64,000 bases of DNA. It comes from Lama guanicoe (Eukaryota). The notes below the pieces were generated by a model. The model had not been told where the DNA came from. It ran no database searches and was given only the letters and a program-made list of their open reading frames with translations. Below are positions 36,275 through 48,680 of this stretch, piece by piece (positions within the stretch are counted from its first letter, which is position 1; each line of letters begins with the position of its first letter). The DNA is taken from assembly GCA_013239625.1 (NCBI GenBank), contig MU053873.1, positions 2,928,524-2,992,523 on the forward strand, given 5' to 3'. Both the position numbers and the translations under genes were made by a program.

Positions 36275-37879
36275 TACTATTTTGACTTCTTACCTATCAT
36301 TCCCTCTGGTGAAAACACTTCTTGGCCATCTGGTAAACCTCTACTCATCTTGGCTATCTTGGCCTTGGTATCGTTTCTCTGTAAAGCCTTTTCCACATCC
36401 CTTTGGAAGAGATGGCATTCCTTGTCCTGTTCTCCTGCAGCACCATGTCTGTCTGCTTCCCCCTCCTTCCTTCCTGCCTTCCTTCCTTCCTCCTTTCTGC
36501 CCTCCCTCTCTCCTTCCTTCCTTTATTCATTTAATTTAATTGAGCCCTGCTCTGTGCCTGCCATCCTCGGCACTGGGGACAGAGTGGAAACAGGATTGAT
36601 ACAGCCTCTGACCTCCTGGAGCTGAAAGTCTAGAAGAAAAGACAGATGTGAAAGAATGACACAGAAAATTAACTGCAACCAGGATGAGAGCTACGGGAAC
36701 ACTTAGCAGGGCCCTGGTTTCTATTCTTGCTCTTGGTATGCTGCATTTTAATGACTTGTTTTCAGGCAGATCTCCCCCACCAGACAGGGAGCTCCTTCAG
36801 GGAGCCTGGAGTGTTGAAGATGCGTCAAAACATTTATCGAATAGGAGGAGGGCCTGGGAGCAGCAGAGGTTGGGAATGACCCTCAACCCTCTGTCCCCTT
36901 TGACCCAACATACCTGCCAGCTACTGGGACATCTACCACTTGGAATACCATAAACCCAGTCCCTTAAGAAGGAGAAGACAGAATGACCTGGTTTATTCTA
37001 TTTGAAGAACTCAGAGTTCCCAGTGCCCTGGGTGCCTCTCAGAGCTCCATTTTTATTTCTTAAAGAAAAATAATAAACCAGGTTAGCGCTAAAGAAGATG
37101 AATAGGAACAGAGACAGGCTAACTGGCGGTCTGCCGCTCTCCGAGGTGCTATCCTTGTCAGTTCCAGTGAGAGGGAGACAGAAAAGACGATTCTTCAAAT
37201 AGCTCGTCTCTTTTTTGGGGAATATGTAATCGTCTCAATTAAAACACAGACCAGAATATTTAATGGCACGGAAATTGATTTTGATGCTATTTAAATAATT
37301 TCCCCCTAGAGAAAACGGGTATTACTTGGCCTAATTTGGTGGAAGCATTTATTTCCTTCCCAGCTCAGAATTCGCCTGCATGAGGGTCTGTTTGCACAAA
37401 GCGGATCTGAATTCACGTCTGGTTCAGAGGACCTTTCCAGGGAACTAGAACGGGAAGGAGACTAAGGTTTGGGTCAACCAGAGAGGTTCACAGGGTGCAA
37501 ATGTATGAAAACTTGCCCCAACTACACCATTCTCAGCAACTCCTAGAGCATTCCCACAGGGAGGATCTTCCGGGAGGGTGGGGCTTGTAGTCCTGCAGCA
37601 TTGCTTATGATGTCATTGAGAGTGGGGGGCTCAGTGGTGCATAGTTGAGTATGATTCCTCACTCCTAAAAACACATCTAGTGCGATATGAACACACCGTG
37701 CCCTGTAAGACATCCACATGCTGGATCTCTCTAAGTCATCTTTCCTGGGAGAGGATATGAGGAAGGAAATGAACCTGCATTTGCTGCTCACCAGACCCTC
37801 TGCTAGGCTCTCACAGCTCCTCCACGCAAATGTCACATCAGAAATTATTACCGGCAAAGGGAAACCCATGGGTTGAAAG

Positions 37880-38101
37880 CAGAGGTAGGCAAGCTACAGC
37901 GGACGAGCCAAATCTGGCTCACCATCTGTTATCGTAAATAGCTTTATTGGAACAGAGCAATGTTTTCTCTTTTACATATAGTCTATGGCTGCTTTTATGC
38001 TGCTACGGCAGAACTGAATAATTGTCTCAGAGACTGAATGGCCAGTGAAGCCTAAAATACTTACTATCTGGCTCTTTACAGGAAAAGTTTCCCAACCTCT
38101 G
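37880..38101 (+). mobile_element. MER58A hAT MITE with near-perfect 8-bp TSD
   Basis: cagaggtaggcaagcta...gccaaatctggc...tttattggaacagagc...cctaaaatacttactatctggctctttacaggaaaagtttcccaacctctg; TSD gttgaaag / gtttgaag. Confidence 0.85.
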
Positions 38102-40559
38102 GTTTGAAGTATGAATATGTGAAATTACATTTTTATAGCGAAAAGAAGAAAAAGGTAAAATATTGGCAATTTCATGTGGTTCAACCTAATGCTCCATTTT
38201 GGTGTTAGACCCCATAGATTGCACAGCTTGTCCTATTCATCTTCCTCATTTATATTTGTACAGGAAACAGAACTAAAGTTCAGAGAGGTTCACTGACTTG
38301 CCTAAGGTCACAAAGCAGGAAAGTGACAAGATCAGGGCACAAACTCAGGAGCCCAACTCCAAGATAACTACTCTTCCTGCTTCCTGTGGCTCCTCCCAGG
38401 GAGCCCTGACAAAGTCTGTGCCCAGTTCTCAGCCTTTGTGCCCCCAAAGTCACCAAATATTAACCCCCACCCCCGTAGTGTTCGTTCTAGCAAATGCAGC
38501 CTCAGAGTCTGCCAAGAACCCAGAATTGGGATGACCCTGAGTTTATTCTTTGTGGCACTAGCAGTAAATTTTGTGACCGGAATACTTGATCTGAGAGACT
38601 ACCAAAGGTCATCTCAGCTGTCCATGTTGAAGGTTCAGAGTTTTATCTCAAGAGCATTGGGGGGGGGGTTGAACATGGGGGTTGAGGTGACACAACCAGA
38701 TTTGCAGAGATCACTCCACTTTCCGGCTGGAGCTTGAGAGAGGGCAGGGGTGAAAGCTAAGAGAACACTCCAGGTGAAAGATGATGAGGCTTGGCTAGCA
38801 GCAGAAGCTGAAAGGTGAATTAAATTTAAGACAGATCTGTTTAGAGTCAAGAGGTCTTGGGGTTGGATTGGATATGGAGGGGGAATGGACTGAAAGAGGG
38901 AAAGGGGGCAAGGATGATGTCCAGGCTTATGCCTGAGCAAGCAAGTGGAGAGTGAAGACCTTCCTAGGAAGGGAGATGCTGAGCGAAGTCTAGTGTTGGG
39001 AGGAAGATCGCCTGGCCCTCTTCCTGTTGATTGCTTTGGGATTCTAGTGACCTCAGGTTGGCCTCTCTTTAGGGACTGAGCTTTCTCATGATCAATTATT
39101 TGGGCTTCACATTTTGGGCTCTTAGCAGCCCCCCATCAAACTGTGCACATGTTGGTCCTCCTCATCCCCTTTGGATACCTTTCTCACTCAGACTTCAGGC
39201 TCTTTGCTTAAACATTACCTCTGCAGCTTTCCAGACTAAGTCAGTCCCCATGACATGCTCCCTGAGCTCCCATGCTTCTAATTACTTGCTCAACATCTGT
39301 CTTTCCTCCTAGGAGAGAAGCCTGAGAGTGGAAACTATATCCATTTTTTAAAAAAAAAACCAAACTAGTACTAGCAGCAGCTCTGAGTCAGGAACAGACA
39401 AGAGGCAAAGTAAATATTTGAATAAAGAAATGAATGGATGAGCTTGTATACCTCATCCTGGTTCCTTGCCACATCTGGATTAATATCTCTCCCTTCCTTT
39501 CCCCCCAGGGATTTCTACAGATTGCCGAGATGACGTGTGGTTGAGTCTCATATTTACCTCAATGATCCAGAAGTCTCATGTTTATCTTCTAATTCAGAAG
39601 GCTTGTGGATTCCTTTAAATGTTTTTGTTTTTGATGTCCCCCATTCTACCCCTGGATGCCAGATTACTGTTCCTGGAATTCTTCTTTCATCCTAGTGTAA
39701 CCCAGCTCCCTCCCCCCGGGAGATAAGAATCCAAATACTCTCTCTAGGCTTCCAAGATCCTCCAGGGCTGGGACAAACATACTTTCTGGGTCTTTTCTCC
39801 TTTTGAATCCCCACCCCTAGAACACTCACAGAATTGGACCCCTGTGGTCCCCCTCTTTGCTGCTCCTTCTTTGTCGACCCCAGCTCCTCCTCCAAGCCAT
39901 CCCCAATCACCCCAGTCCAAACTGACTTCTCTGAAATACCTGCATCCATTCTGTCTGAGCCACTCTTTTTTTTTTTCAAATTATCTTATCTGTGTCTACC
40001 CCACCACCTCAACCATATTCTTTGAAAGAAGAGGAGGCCTTTTCTTGCCGACTTTGTTTTCTTACAGCAACCAGTGCCATATGCTTAGTGGGTACAGGCT
40101 ACTAACCTCCCATGTGTAACACCCATTCCACCTGTAGCTACTTGTTCAATGTCTGCCTCCCCCATTAGATTGTAACTTTGAGGACGGGGTTCTGAGTCAT
40201 CTTCACACCCCCTGCTTCCTGATCCCTTGCAGTAGAGTAAGTGCTCAATAAACGTTTGTTAGATGAATACACCAAATACATGCCTCACGCTGATGTTTAT
40301 CTTTGCACTCTAGATATTTTATTCCCTAATTAGATCCCAAAGGATGACAGATCAGCATATGGAGGTAGAGGGGATGAGTTCCCTATCCAAGTTCCCAGGG
40401 AGGAAATCATTGTGTAACTGTTCAAAATATAATCAAACCTTCATTAAATTAGATACCCGCATGGCCATCACAAGTCATGGCTCAGTTCTTTTTTTCTTCA
40501 ATAGTACAGAAATCACAAACTTTTTTTTCCCCCAAGAAATTGAGTGAAATGAAGAGCAC

Positions 40560-40580
40560 TGAGAGAGAGAGAGAGAGAGA
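40560..40580. repeat. (GA)n microsatellite
   Basis: gagagagagagagagagaga. Confidence 0.9.
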
Positions 40581-40644
40581 TTGACAGGCATGAACTGCAC
40601 TCCAGGATTAGAAGGCACTGTAAGTACCCTGGGTACACTGACGT

Positions 40645-40665
40645 TTCAGCAGAATGGACAGCACC
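40645..40665 (+). promoter_or_regulatory. Degenerate RE1/NRSE (REST)-like site
   Basis: TTCAGCAGAATGGACAGCACC versus consensus TTCAGCACCACGGACAGCGCC: canonical spacing, but the conserved CC is replaced by GA. Confidence 0.3.
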
Positions 40666-43229
40666 CCACCTGAAATGGGCACCTCCTTTAGGTAGTGGGG
40701 CAGTTCCTAGACTGGAAAATGACTAGAAGGGATTGTGCCCTTAAGAGCTCCTACCTCTGTGTGAAGACGCTTCAGGGTGTCTCTCCAAATCCAGTCTCCT
40801 CTTTGCCCTCCTGACCCCTTTTCCTGCCATGCTCTCTCCCACTGTCCCCATTCTTTGTCCTCAGTTTCAGCCTCTTCTCTAGGGATGTGTGCTTTTGCCT
40901 ACTCCTTGGTAGGCTTCGCCAGCTGAGTTAAGGAAAACCAGTTAGAGCAGAGGAATCTTGTAGCTGTGATCCCATGGGTTCCTCACCTTTACCTGCACCT
41001 CTGGTTGCCTTTCAAGGCTAAACTCTCTTTTGAACCTCATTACTGTAGACACAGGAGATTTTCCTCCAGCTCTCCATGTTTGCCAAACATAGAAGGAAAT
41101 ATTAATAATCACTACCCTACCTTTCTTGGTGTCAGCCCGTTTCATCTTCATAGACTAACCCTAATCTTTACCCAGTGCTCCTTTATTTCTCTCATATGGG
41201 ATGAAAATATAATTTCCTTTTCACTTCTGTGATTGTGGTAGCCCTAATGAAAGCCAGGATTCTGGAAGTCTTCCATTTCTGCTCCCTTCTTTTCCAGTCA
41301 GTCACGATGTCTTGTGATTGTTCATTCTCTCAGCCTTAACACATTCTCCATCCACACCCAGCCATGCCAATGGCCCAACATATCGTCATCTCGTGCCCGG
41401 ATGATTCTGACAGCCTCCTCATTGGTCACCCTCACCCCTGTCTCTCTCTCCAAAAGATCCTCCTTCCATGGTGATTTTTCTAAAAATTCAAATACAACCA
41501 AATTCTGCTTAAAATCCTTCAGACTTTACCCTCAAGATATGGTTTGATTCCTTCAAACATTGTGTATAAGGCCCTTCAATTCCAGTCCAAACCTACATTT
41601 ACAGCTTCAACTCCCCCTGGGGTCCCTACCCCAGATCCTTTATAATTCAATTAACCAGTGACACAGAATTAAATATAAATTTCAAGATACAGGGCATATA
41701 GGAATAGTGGTTAGGAGTACAGGTCCAACAGCCAGGCTGCCTGGGTTTGGATCCAGCCCTGCAGTTTGCTAGCTGTATGCCATGCCCTTGCACTATGGTT
41801 TCCTCATTTAAAAATAGGGGGAAAAATAAAGCAGTGCCTACCTCAGAAGGCTGCTGTAGCATCAATGAGATCATCTGCATAAAGGTCTTAACACAGTACA
41901 TACTTTCAACATATTTTTATATCCTTTTTTGTCTATTACTAAACATGCTGTGTTATCTGTGCCTTGATTCGTGCTGGTGCTTCTGCCCTCTGTTCACCTG
42001 GTTAACTGCTAACTCCTCCTCCTGAACTCTCACTTCAGGCAGCATCTCTTCCAAGAAGCCTTTCTGGATTCCTGGGCTGGGTTAATGCCTCCCTGATCCC
42101 TGCTCACTTCTCACGCTGTCCTGTAACCATTTGTGCACCTGACACATGCTGTGTGAGTTAGGGGCTGCATCTTCCCTGTCTCCAACCTCAGTGTCTGGCA
42201 CAGTGCCTGGCATAGGAGGATATGCTGGGGTTGCATCTGTCGAATGCACGGCCATGTAAGAATCTTACTCTCCTATGAGCCTGTGTGTATTTCAAAGGTA
42301 GAGGCTGCGTCTTCTTCTCCCGGTCCCCCTCCCCCAGCTCTCCACCCAGACCCGGGCAGAGTGGATGCTCACAAAAGACTTTTTAGCTTGACTGAATTAG
42401 AAATGACAGACTCATTCCAGGAGTCCTCGTGTGGCCATCTTGATGGAGGGAGAAGGCGGCAGGCTGGCAGGAGCACGCCGATAAAGCGGCCAGAGTTGGT
42501 ATAAGCCATTTATTCTGAACGAACTAAAAGCTAATCTTTCACAAGCAGTCTGGTCAGATTCTCATTTCTAATACAGATGCTATCAGGGTCTTAGATGTGA
42601 TAAACTCCCCGGGGTTTTCTATAAGACTGAATGCTGGCTGGAGCTAAAAGCCTGTCCTCCTCCGAGTTCCAGCAACTCCCTCCAGATCAGGGAGCTGCAG
42701 ACACACTCGACTGCAGGGAAAAAAACCCAGATTTTCCTGGCAGGCTGGAGTAACCGAGCTGCAGGAGCCTCAGCACCTCCTGTTCCTCTCCCCATGGCTG
42801 CCCCTCCCCGGTCTTCAAATTTCAGCATAAACATCACCTCCTCCAAAGGACCTTCTCTAGCCACCTTAAATTAAGACATCATTGTAATTTTTACTGATGC
42901 CCTGTTTACTGTGAGTTCGCTGAGGGCAGGAATCATCTCTGTCTGGTCTGCCATTATATCCTTTATGCCAACACAGTATTTTGCACATGGTAGATCCTCA
43001 ATGCGGATTTATGGAACGGATTATCGGACAGGAGTAAGTGCTGTGAGATCCTAGGGAGCCACTTCCGTCCCCTGGCTTCTTTCCTCTCCTGTAACGCGAG
43101 AGAGGTGATTGGGATTTTGCAGGGCTCCTTTTAAGTCCATCAACTAGGAGCTCACAGAACTGAGATCAGAAGGAAAGCGATCCACATCGGGCGCCCCTCT
43201 TCTAAAGCCAGAGCTTTGCTAGGTGCCTT

Positions 43230-43920
43230 CACCTATGCTGGGCACGATTCACACTTGGGCTGGCCAGTTCTCTGCGGTGGGGGCTGGCCAGTGCACTGTA
43301 GGATATTTAGCTGGAGCCCTGGCCTCAACCACTAGATGCCAGCCATTGCCCCCAACCCAAGTTGTGACAACCATAAATGTCACTGGACATTGCCATAAGC
43401 CTTTTGGGGGAGCAAAGCTGCTCTGCATCACCCCTTGAGAGCCCCTGGCCTAGACAGTGGTGGTCCGATCATCACACTGAGGAGTCTGGACTCTTCTTCA
43501 CATTAATCCCAGCCCTCCCTGCACCAGAAGCACGTTCCCCCTTGACGGACTGTCGGGAAGTGACAAGCTCCCTCCCTGGCAGTGGACCTCAGACGAGCTG
43601 TCGTCAGGATTTCCTGGGAGGACTTGTTAAGACCCAGAGTTTCGGATGCAGCAGGTCTGGGAAGGGGTCGAAGATTTTGCATCTCTAACAAGGTCCCAGG
43701 TGATGCTGTGGCTGCTGGTCCAGGGCCCAGACTCTGAGAACCGGTGCCCTCAGGCGGTAGTTTCCAGCCCTGGCAGCACATGAGAGCCAACCCCAGGGGA
43801 ATTTACCAACCCCTGTGGGGGCGACACCCCAGCCCACTTCATCAGCATCTCTGGGGTGGCAGCGAGGCCCTTGTGTCGCTTAAAGCTCCCAGGTGATTCC
43901 AATGTTGCAGACAAGCCTAT
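43230..43920. mobile_element. MER20 (minus, about 43230-43450) followed by two MER5A-like MITEs (about 43578-43745 and 43760-43920)
   Basis: aagttgtgacaaccataaatgtcactggacattgcca; ttttgcatctctaacaaggtcccaggtgatgctgtggctgctggtcc; aagctcccaggtgattccaatgttgcag. Confidence 0.7.
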
Positions 43921-46400
43921 GGCGCAGAGGGAGGGAGCCACAAGCACCTCGTCTACATTGTCTCCATTTAGTTCTTTCAAAAGGAGTCTTTGGACCATGT
44001 TGGCCATGGAAAAATGCTAGAATGGAAGAAATCTGCTTTCTGTTCCTGTGTTGGTCTCCTCCTCACTCCACTGGCCTCTCATCCACTTCATTGATTCAGT
44101 TGTTAGCTCATCTCCTTGTCCCCACGTGCCTTGGTCGGTTTCTTCCCTCCTGCACATTCCCTCCCATCTCTTAATACCCCATGGCTTACCCGCTGCTCAC
44201 CCCTCACCTGTCTCTTACTCATTTCCCTTCTCCCCACCTACTGGTTCCTTCTCCTCCCCATTTTTATCTTCGCTCATCTATTTTCCCATCTTGCTTCGTG
44301 AGCAGGGAGACAGGAGCAGGAAGACTAAGACAGCAGACCTTGCACACGGAGCTCTCTCTCCTGCTTCCATCCTCCTCCCACTCCCCTCCTCCTCCGTCTC
44401 AAGGCCTCACAGTCACTATCACCTCCTTAATCTCTCAGAGCAGCTCAGAGCCCTCTCATGTGCTCCTACAACACTACAGCTCCCATGGGTGTCATTTTAC
44501 ATTTTTTATCACGTGGTCACTGCTTGTCACTCAACTCCACGAGGGCAGGGGCCCTGTCTGTCTTTGCTGTCACTGCACTCCAGTGTCTAGTGCTGTACCC
44601 GCCCTTGTGTTGAATGGATACTGTGAGGGTGCTTGGACATCCGCCCCAGGTCATCCTCCCCTGTATGCCCCAGGCAAGGTCCTTTGTGCTGGCAATTGGT
44701 AGACACTCAAGTGACAGCCCTAGGATTCTTTTCCCAGCAGTTGTGGGCCTGGATGGATTGTGAAATCACCTGGAAAAGACAGAGACGAGCTTAACTCCCG
44801 CTATCTTGGCAAAAGTCATCCTCGGTGGTCAACAGTGATTTCTCAAACTGGTCTCAACTGCAGTATTTCAACCCAGGACCTTGAAATCACAATCTGTCTG
44901 ACATTTATTTACCAATCAGAGTGATTTTAGGTCCCTCTCTAGGCCTTCAAGGCCTCCCCAGGTGGGAAAGCTATAGGCGATTAGCATGGGCTTCCTAAAG
45001 CATTAACCAGACGCCTGGGAGGAACAAAGAGCTAGTTTGTAAATGCAGATGCCTGGGCCTTAGATGGACAATGCCTTTATATCCCTAGGCTAGAGGAAAA
45101 TGGGCCATGGGAGAGAATTCTAGAGAGTTCTTCAGTACTGCTCTGTACAGTGCACCCAAGCTCGCTTCAGGGAAGGCCTCTTAACCAACGCAAGGTAACT
45201 GTAGAAACCAGAAGCTCTGACTTTCTCACCACAGTGAGCTAGGAGGACCAGGTAAGAGTTCTGAGGACAGGAAACAGCCTGGAGACCCCCATCCACTGAC
45301 AAAGAGACGTGTAGGATGCGCCCCTACGGCCTTGGCAGCCGTCCAGTGTCTTAGCTTGGCTGGGGTTGTGTTCCAGACCTCCCTCCTTATGACCCTTGAC
45401 ACTGACCTTCCTTCCCAAAGCCCTCCAGGTGGGACAGATACTGAGCTCTTCCCACCTGACTGCGAGGTGGGAGGGGAGGCCCGTGGGAAGCCACTGTCTG
45501 CTCGGTCCTCTGCTAGATGCTTCGTCACACGTGCTGGTTTTCGGAGGACATGTGTCCCTCTCTTTCCCGTCCTTCTACTTTTTTCAGCGCTGGCTTTGGC
45601 TAATGAGCATTTTTAGGCAAACAGCTTCCGCTGCCATCAACTCCACTTCCAAGCACTGATTCCCTGGAATGAAATTCTTTGGTCAAGGGGCATGAAGTTT
45701 TTTTTTAACAGCTCTAGCTGAACGGAATTGCCACGCTGCTTTCCTAAGGGGTCTTTCAAATTACAAAACACCCGAGCTTACCGATGTTACGATAACCTTG
45801 CCAGCATCCCGTCTTATTGGTTTAAACGTTTTAAACTAATTTAGTCAGCGTCAGGTGGTCCCTCAAGGACACCATCAGATGCACTGACTTGACCTCTGAG
45901 AAGGATGAGCATTTCCCACGGGCTTTCCACTCGCGGTTCATGTTGGTGAATTATTTAATTATGCACTCTGTCTATTTGCATTTTGTGGTCTAGATTTTTT
46001 AAAGTATAACTTCGAATAAATTACACCATAAACCTGTGTTGATCAAATCTTTCCTTTTTCATTACCACCCATCCCAGTAAGATAATTTTCCCATGAAAAT
46101 TTCATCCAGCAGCTAGACTACATCTCTTTACGTACTGTCTGTAGATCCGTGCTTTATACATACACAGGAACCCAAGAACTAATTTTTGTCCCTCGGGGGC
46201 AATACTGTCCTCATTAAGAATGTTCATAACCAACTAAATAGTTCAACCAAGTAATAATGAACTAATGATCCTGAACCAAATAATAATTCAGCTAAAGACA
46301 CAAACCAAATTCAGCAAATATTTCCTGGACGCCTAATGTGCACCAGCAATGAGCTATGGATCCAAAAACGAGCAAGAGCTTGAATATCCTTTCTTCTGCC

Positions 46401-46525
46401 TCTTCTGGGGGCAGTTGGGGAAGTAATTAGGTTTATTTATCATTCTTATTGGAGGTACTGGGGATTGAACCCAGGACCTCAGGCATGCTAAGCACGCATT
46501 CTACCACTTGAGCTATACCCTCCCT
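46401..46525 (-). mobile_element. Vic-1-type camelid tRNA-derived SINE with TSD
   Basis: Reverse strand reads gggagggtatagctcaagtggtagaatgcgtgcttagcatgcctgaggtcctgggttcaatccccagtacctcc...ataaataaacctaattac; TSD ttcttctgcc at 46391-46400 and 46528-46537. Confidence 0.9.
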
Positions 46526-47195
46526 CATTCTTCTGCCATTTTTAATGTAAATTGATGAGAATGTTGGGAAAGGGCAAGGTAAGTGGGAGGTGGGAGGTAC
46601 AAATCAAAACAAACAAACAAACAAAACACAGCAACCGCAATGACAATAAAGCAGGTGAAAGGATCGTGAGCAGATGTATTTCACACAGGGGCAGAAGCTG
46701 GACCCAGGATTATGCTGGAGACAACCTTCTGATGTGTAAGGACAGGCAACCTGATGGGCAAAGGGAGATGGAGCAGCAGAAGGACCTGGTTCAAAGCCCA
46801 GCTTGTAATTTACAAGTAATTTACCAGTCACGTCACCTCCGATTCCAACTCCATAAAATGAGGGCAACTAATAAGACTCACCCTTCCAGGTAGGAGTGAG
46901 GATTCATGAGATCATTCTCCCTAAGCCCCTAGCACAGTGCCTGGTCCAGAGTTAGGGCTCTAGACTGTTTGCTATCATGATTAATATCGCTGTGTTAATT
47001 TCAAGAACGTTGCCTGCAGGCCCTCGGATATACTTGGGGGGTGAGGAATGTTTCTGCCCAAAGGTCTGTCAAGGGTCTCAGGCAGAGTGTGACCTTCAGA
47101 CGTGAAACCACAAGTAAGTACACAAATCGCTAAAAACAAACTCAACAGCAGGGTTCTTTTCTCCCCAACCCTTTCCTCTTTCTTGTTCTCCAGCC

Positions 47196-47692
47196 CAGTG
47201 TTTCTTAAACTTCCATGTGAGTACGCGAGTCACCTGGGGATCATGTTAAATGCAGATTCTGATTCTGTAGGTCTGAGATGGGGTCCCAGATTCTGCATTT
47301 CTAACTACTTCCCAGCGGATGCTGTTGCTGCTGGTCTGCAGACCACCCCTGGAGGTGGTGTCTGCAGGGCTGTGCACCCTCTGAAGGCTCTGGGAGAGAC
47401 TCCTTCCTTGCTGCCACCAGCTCCTGGTAGCTCCCAGCCATCCTTGGCTTTCCTGGGCTTGTCCTGCACCGTTCCAGTCTCTGCCTCCTTCCTTATCAGG
47501 TGTTCTTCCCGGAGGGTGTCTCCTCTGCAACTTCACATGCCCCTCTTAGGAGGACGCACGTCTTCAGAGCCCACCCTAATCTGATACGACCTCAGCTTAG
47601 CCCATTACATTTCCAGAGACCCAAATATCCAAGTCAGGTTACACTTGGAGATGCCAGGGAGACGTGAATTTGGAGGGGGTGTTATTAACCCA
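47196..47692. mobile_element. MER5-like MITE (about 47196-47352) abutting a partial MLT1C-like MaLR LTR (minus, about 47355-47692)
   Basis: gttaaatgcagattctgattctgtaggtctg...; ctctgaaggctctgggagagactccttccttg...gcccaccctaatc. Confidence 0.75.
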
Positions 47693-48555
47693 GGAGAGAG
47701 AGACTGACTTGTCTGAGGAAGTGGAGGAGCTCAGATGTAAACCCAGATTCTGTGAAGCCCAAGTCTGTGCTTTCAGCTAGTCCACTAAGAACACACCTGG
47801 GAGCTCGCCGCCCTGCTGATGGCCCTCATTTACCTGGGTCTTGCCCTTGCACGTAGCACCGTGTCTGAACGGCCTCTGGACAATTTCACACAGTTTGCGC
47901 TGTCTCCCCATCCGCCTGATGGAAGACTGAGACCCAGACGGCGTCATCACGAAATGCGCTGGGAAAGGGGCTGGGAGTCCCAACGTGCTGTGCTAATGAA
48001 GGGGGTTATTAATAACCCCAATTAAGAGTGGCAACCACCACACGAATCGTTGCTGCCCGTTGAGGATTCCATTCTGTGCAATAAACATTTCCAGGCGCAG
48101 TGCTAAGTACCCAACCCATATTATCTCATTTAATTCAATTAACGACAACCCAGGAGAAATGTGGTGAGTTGTTAACTGACTCTGTTGTGAGGAGGAGCAC
48201 CAGCAGGTCTGAAACTCTGAGGCTTTTGCATTTTAGAAATATATATTTTTTCTTCCTATGGGCATTGGTGGGTAAAAGAGAAGAGAGAAAGATTGGGGCT
48301 AGAGCGGGGAAAACTGATGTCAGAGATAGAGAGGGTTTGTTTCTACCTTCTTCTCCAGATTAATGGCTCAGAAAGCGGTGCTCACCCCTCCTTCTCTCCC
48401 CTTCTTCCTTCCATCCTGTGTGCCACGTTGGGTTAGGGTTAGGAGTACAGTGAACTAAATCTGGTCTCTGAATGGGCTTTCCTCCAAGAGGAGGGGCCGT
48501 GCCTTATAAGGGTCTGAGCTCAGCATTCTCAATTAATCTGAAATCACCTAGTTTA

Positions 48556-48680
48556 AGTAATTATTTTTTGGCTGGGGGAGGTAATTAGGTTTATTTATTT
48601 TTAGAGGAGGCACTGGGGATTGAACCCAGGACCTCATACATGCTAAGCATGGGCTCTACCACGTGAGCTATACCCTCCCC
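48556..48680 (-). mobile_element. Vic-1-type camelid SINE with 14-bp TSD
   Basis: Reverse strand reads ggggagggtatagctcacgtggtagagcccatgcttagcatgtatgaggtcctgggttcaatccccagtgcctcc...aaataaataaacctaattacctccccc; TSD aatcacctagttta at 48542-48555 and 48685-48698. Confidence 0.92.
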
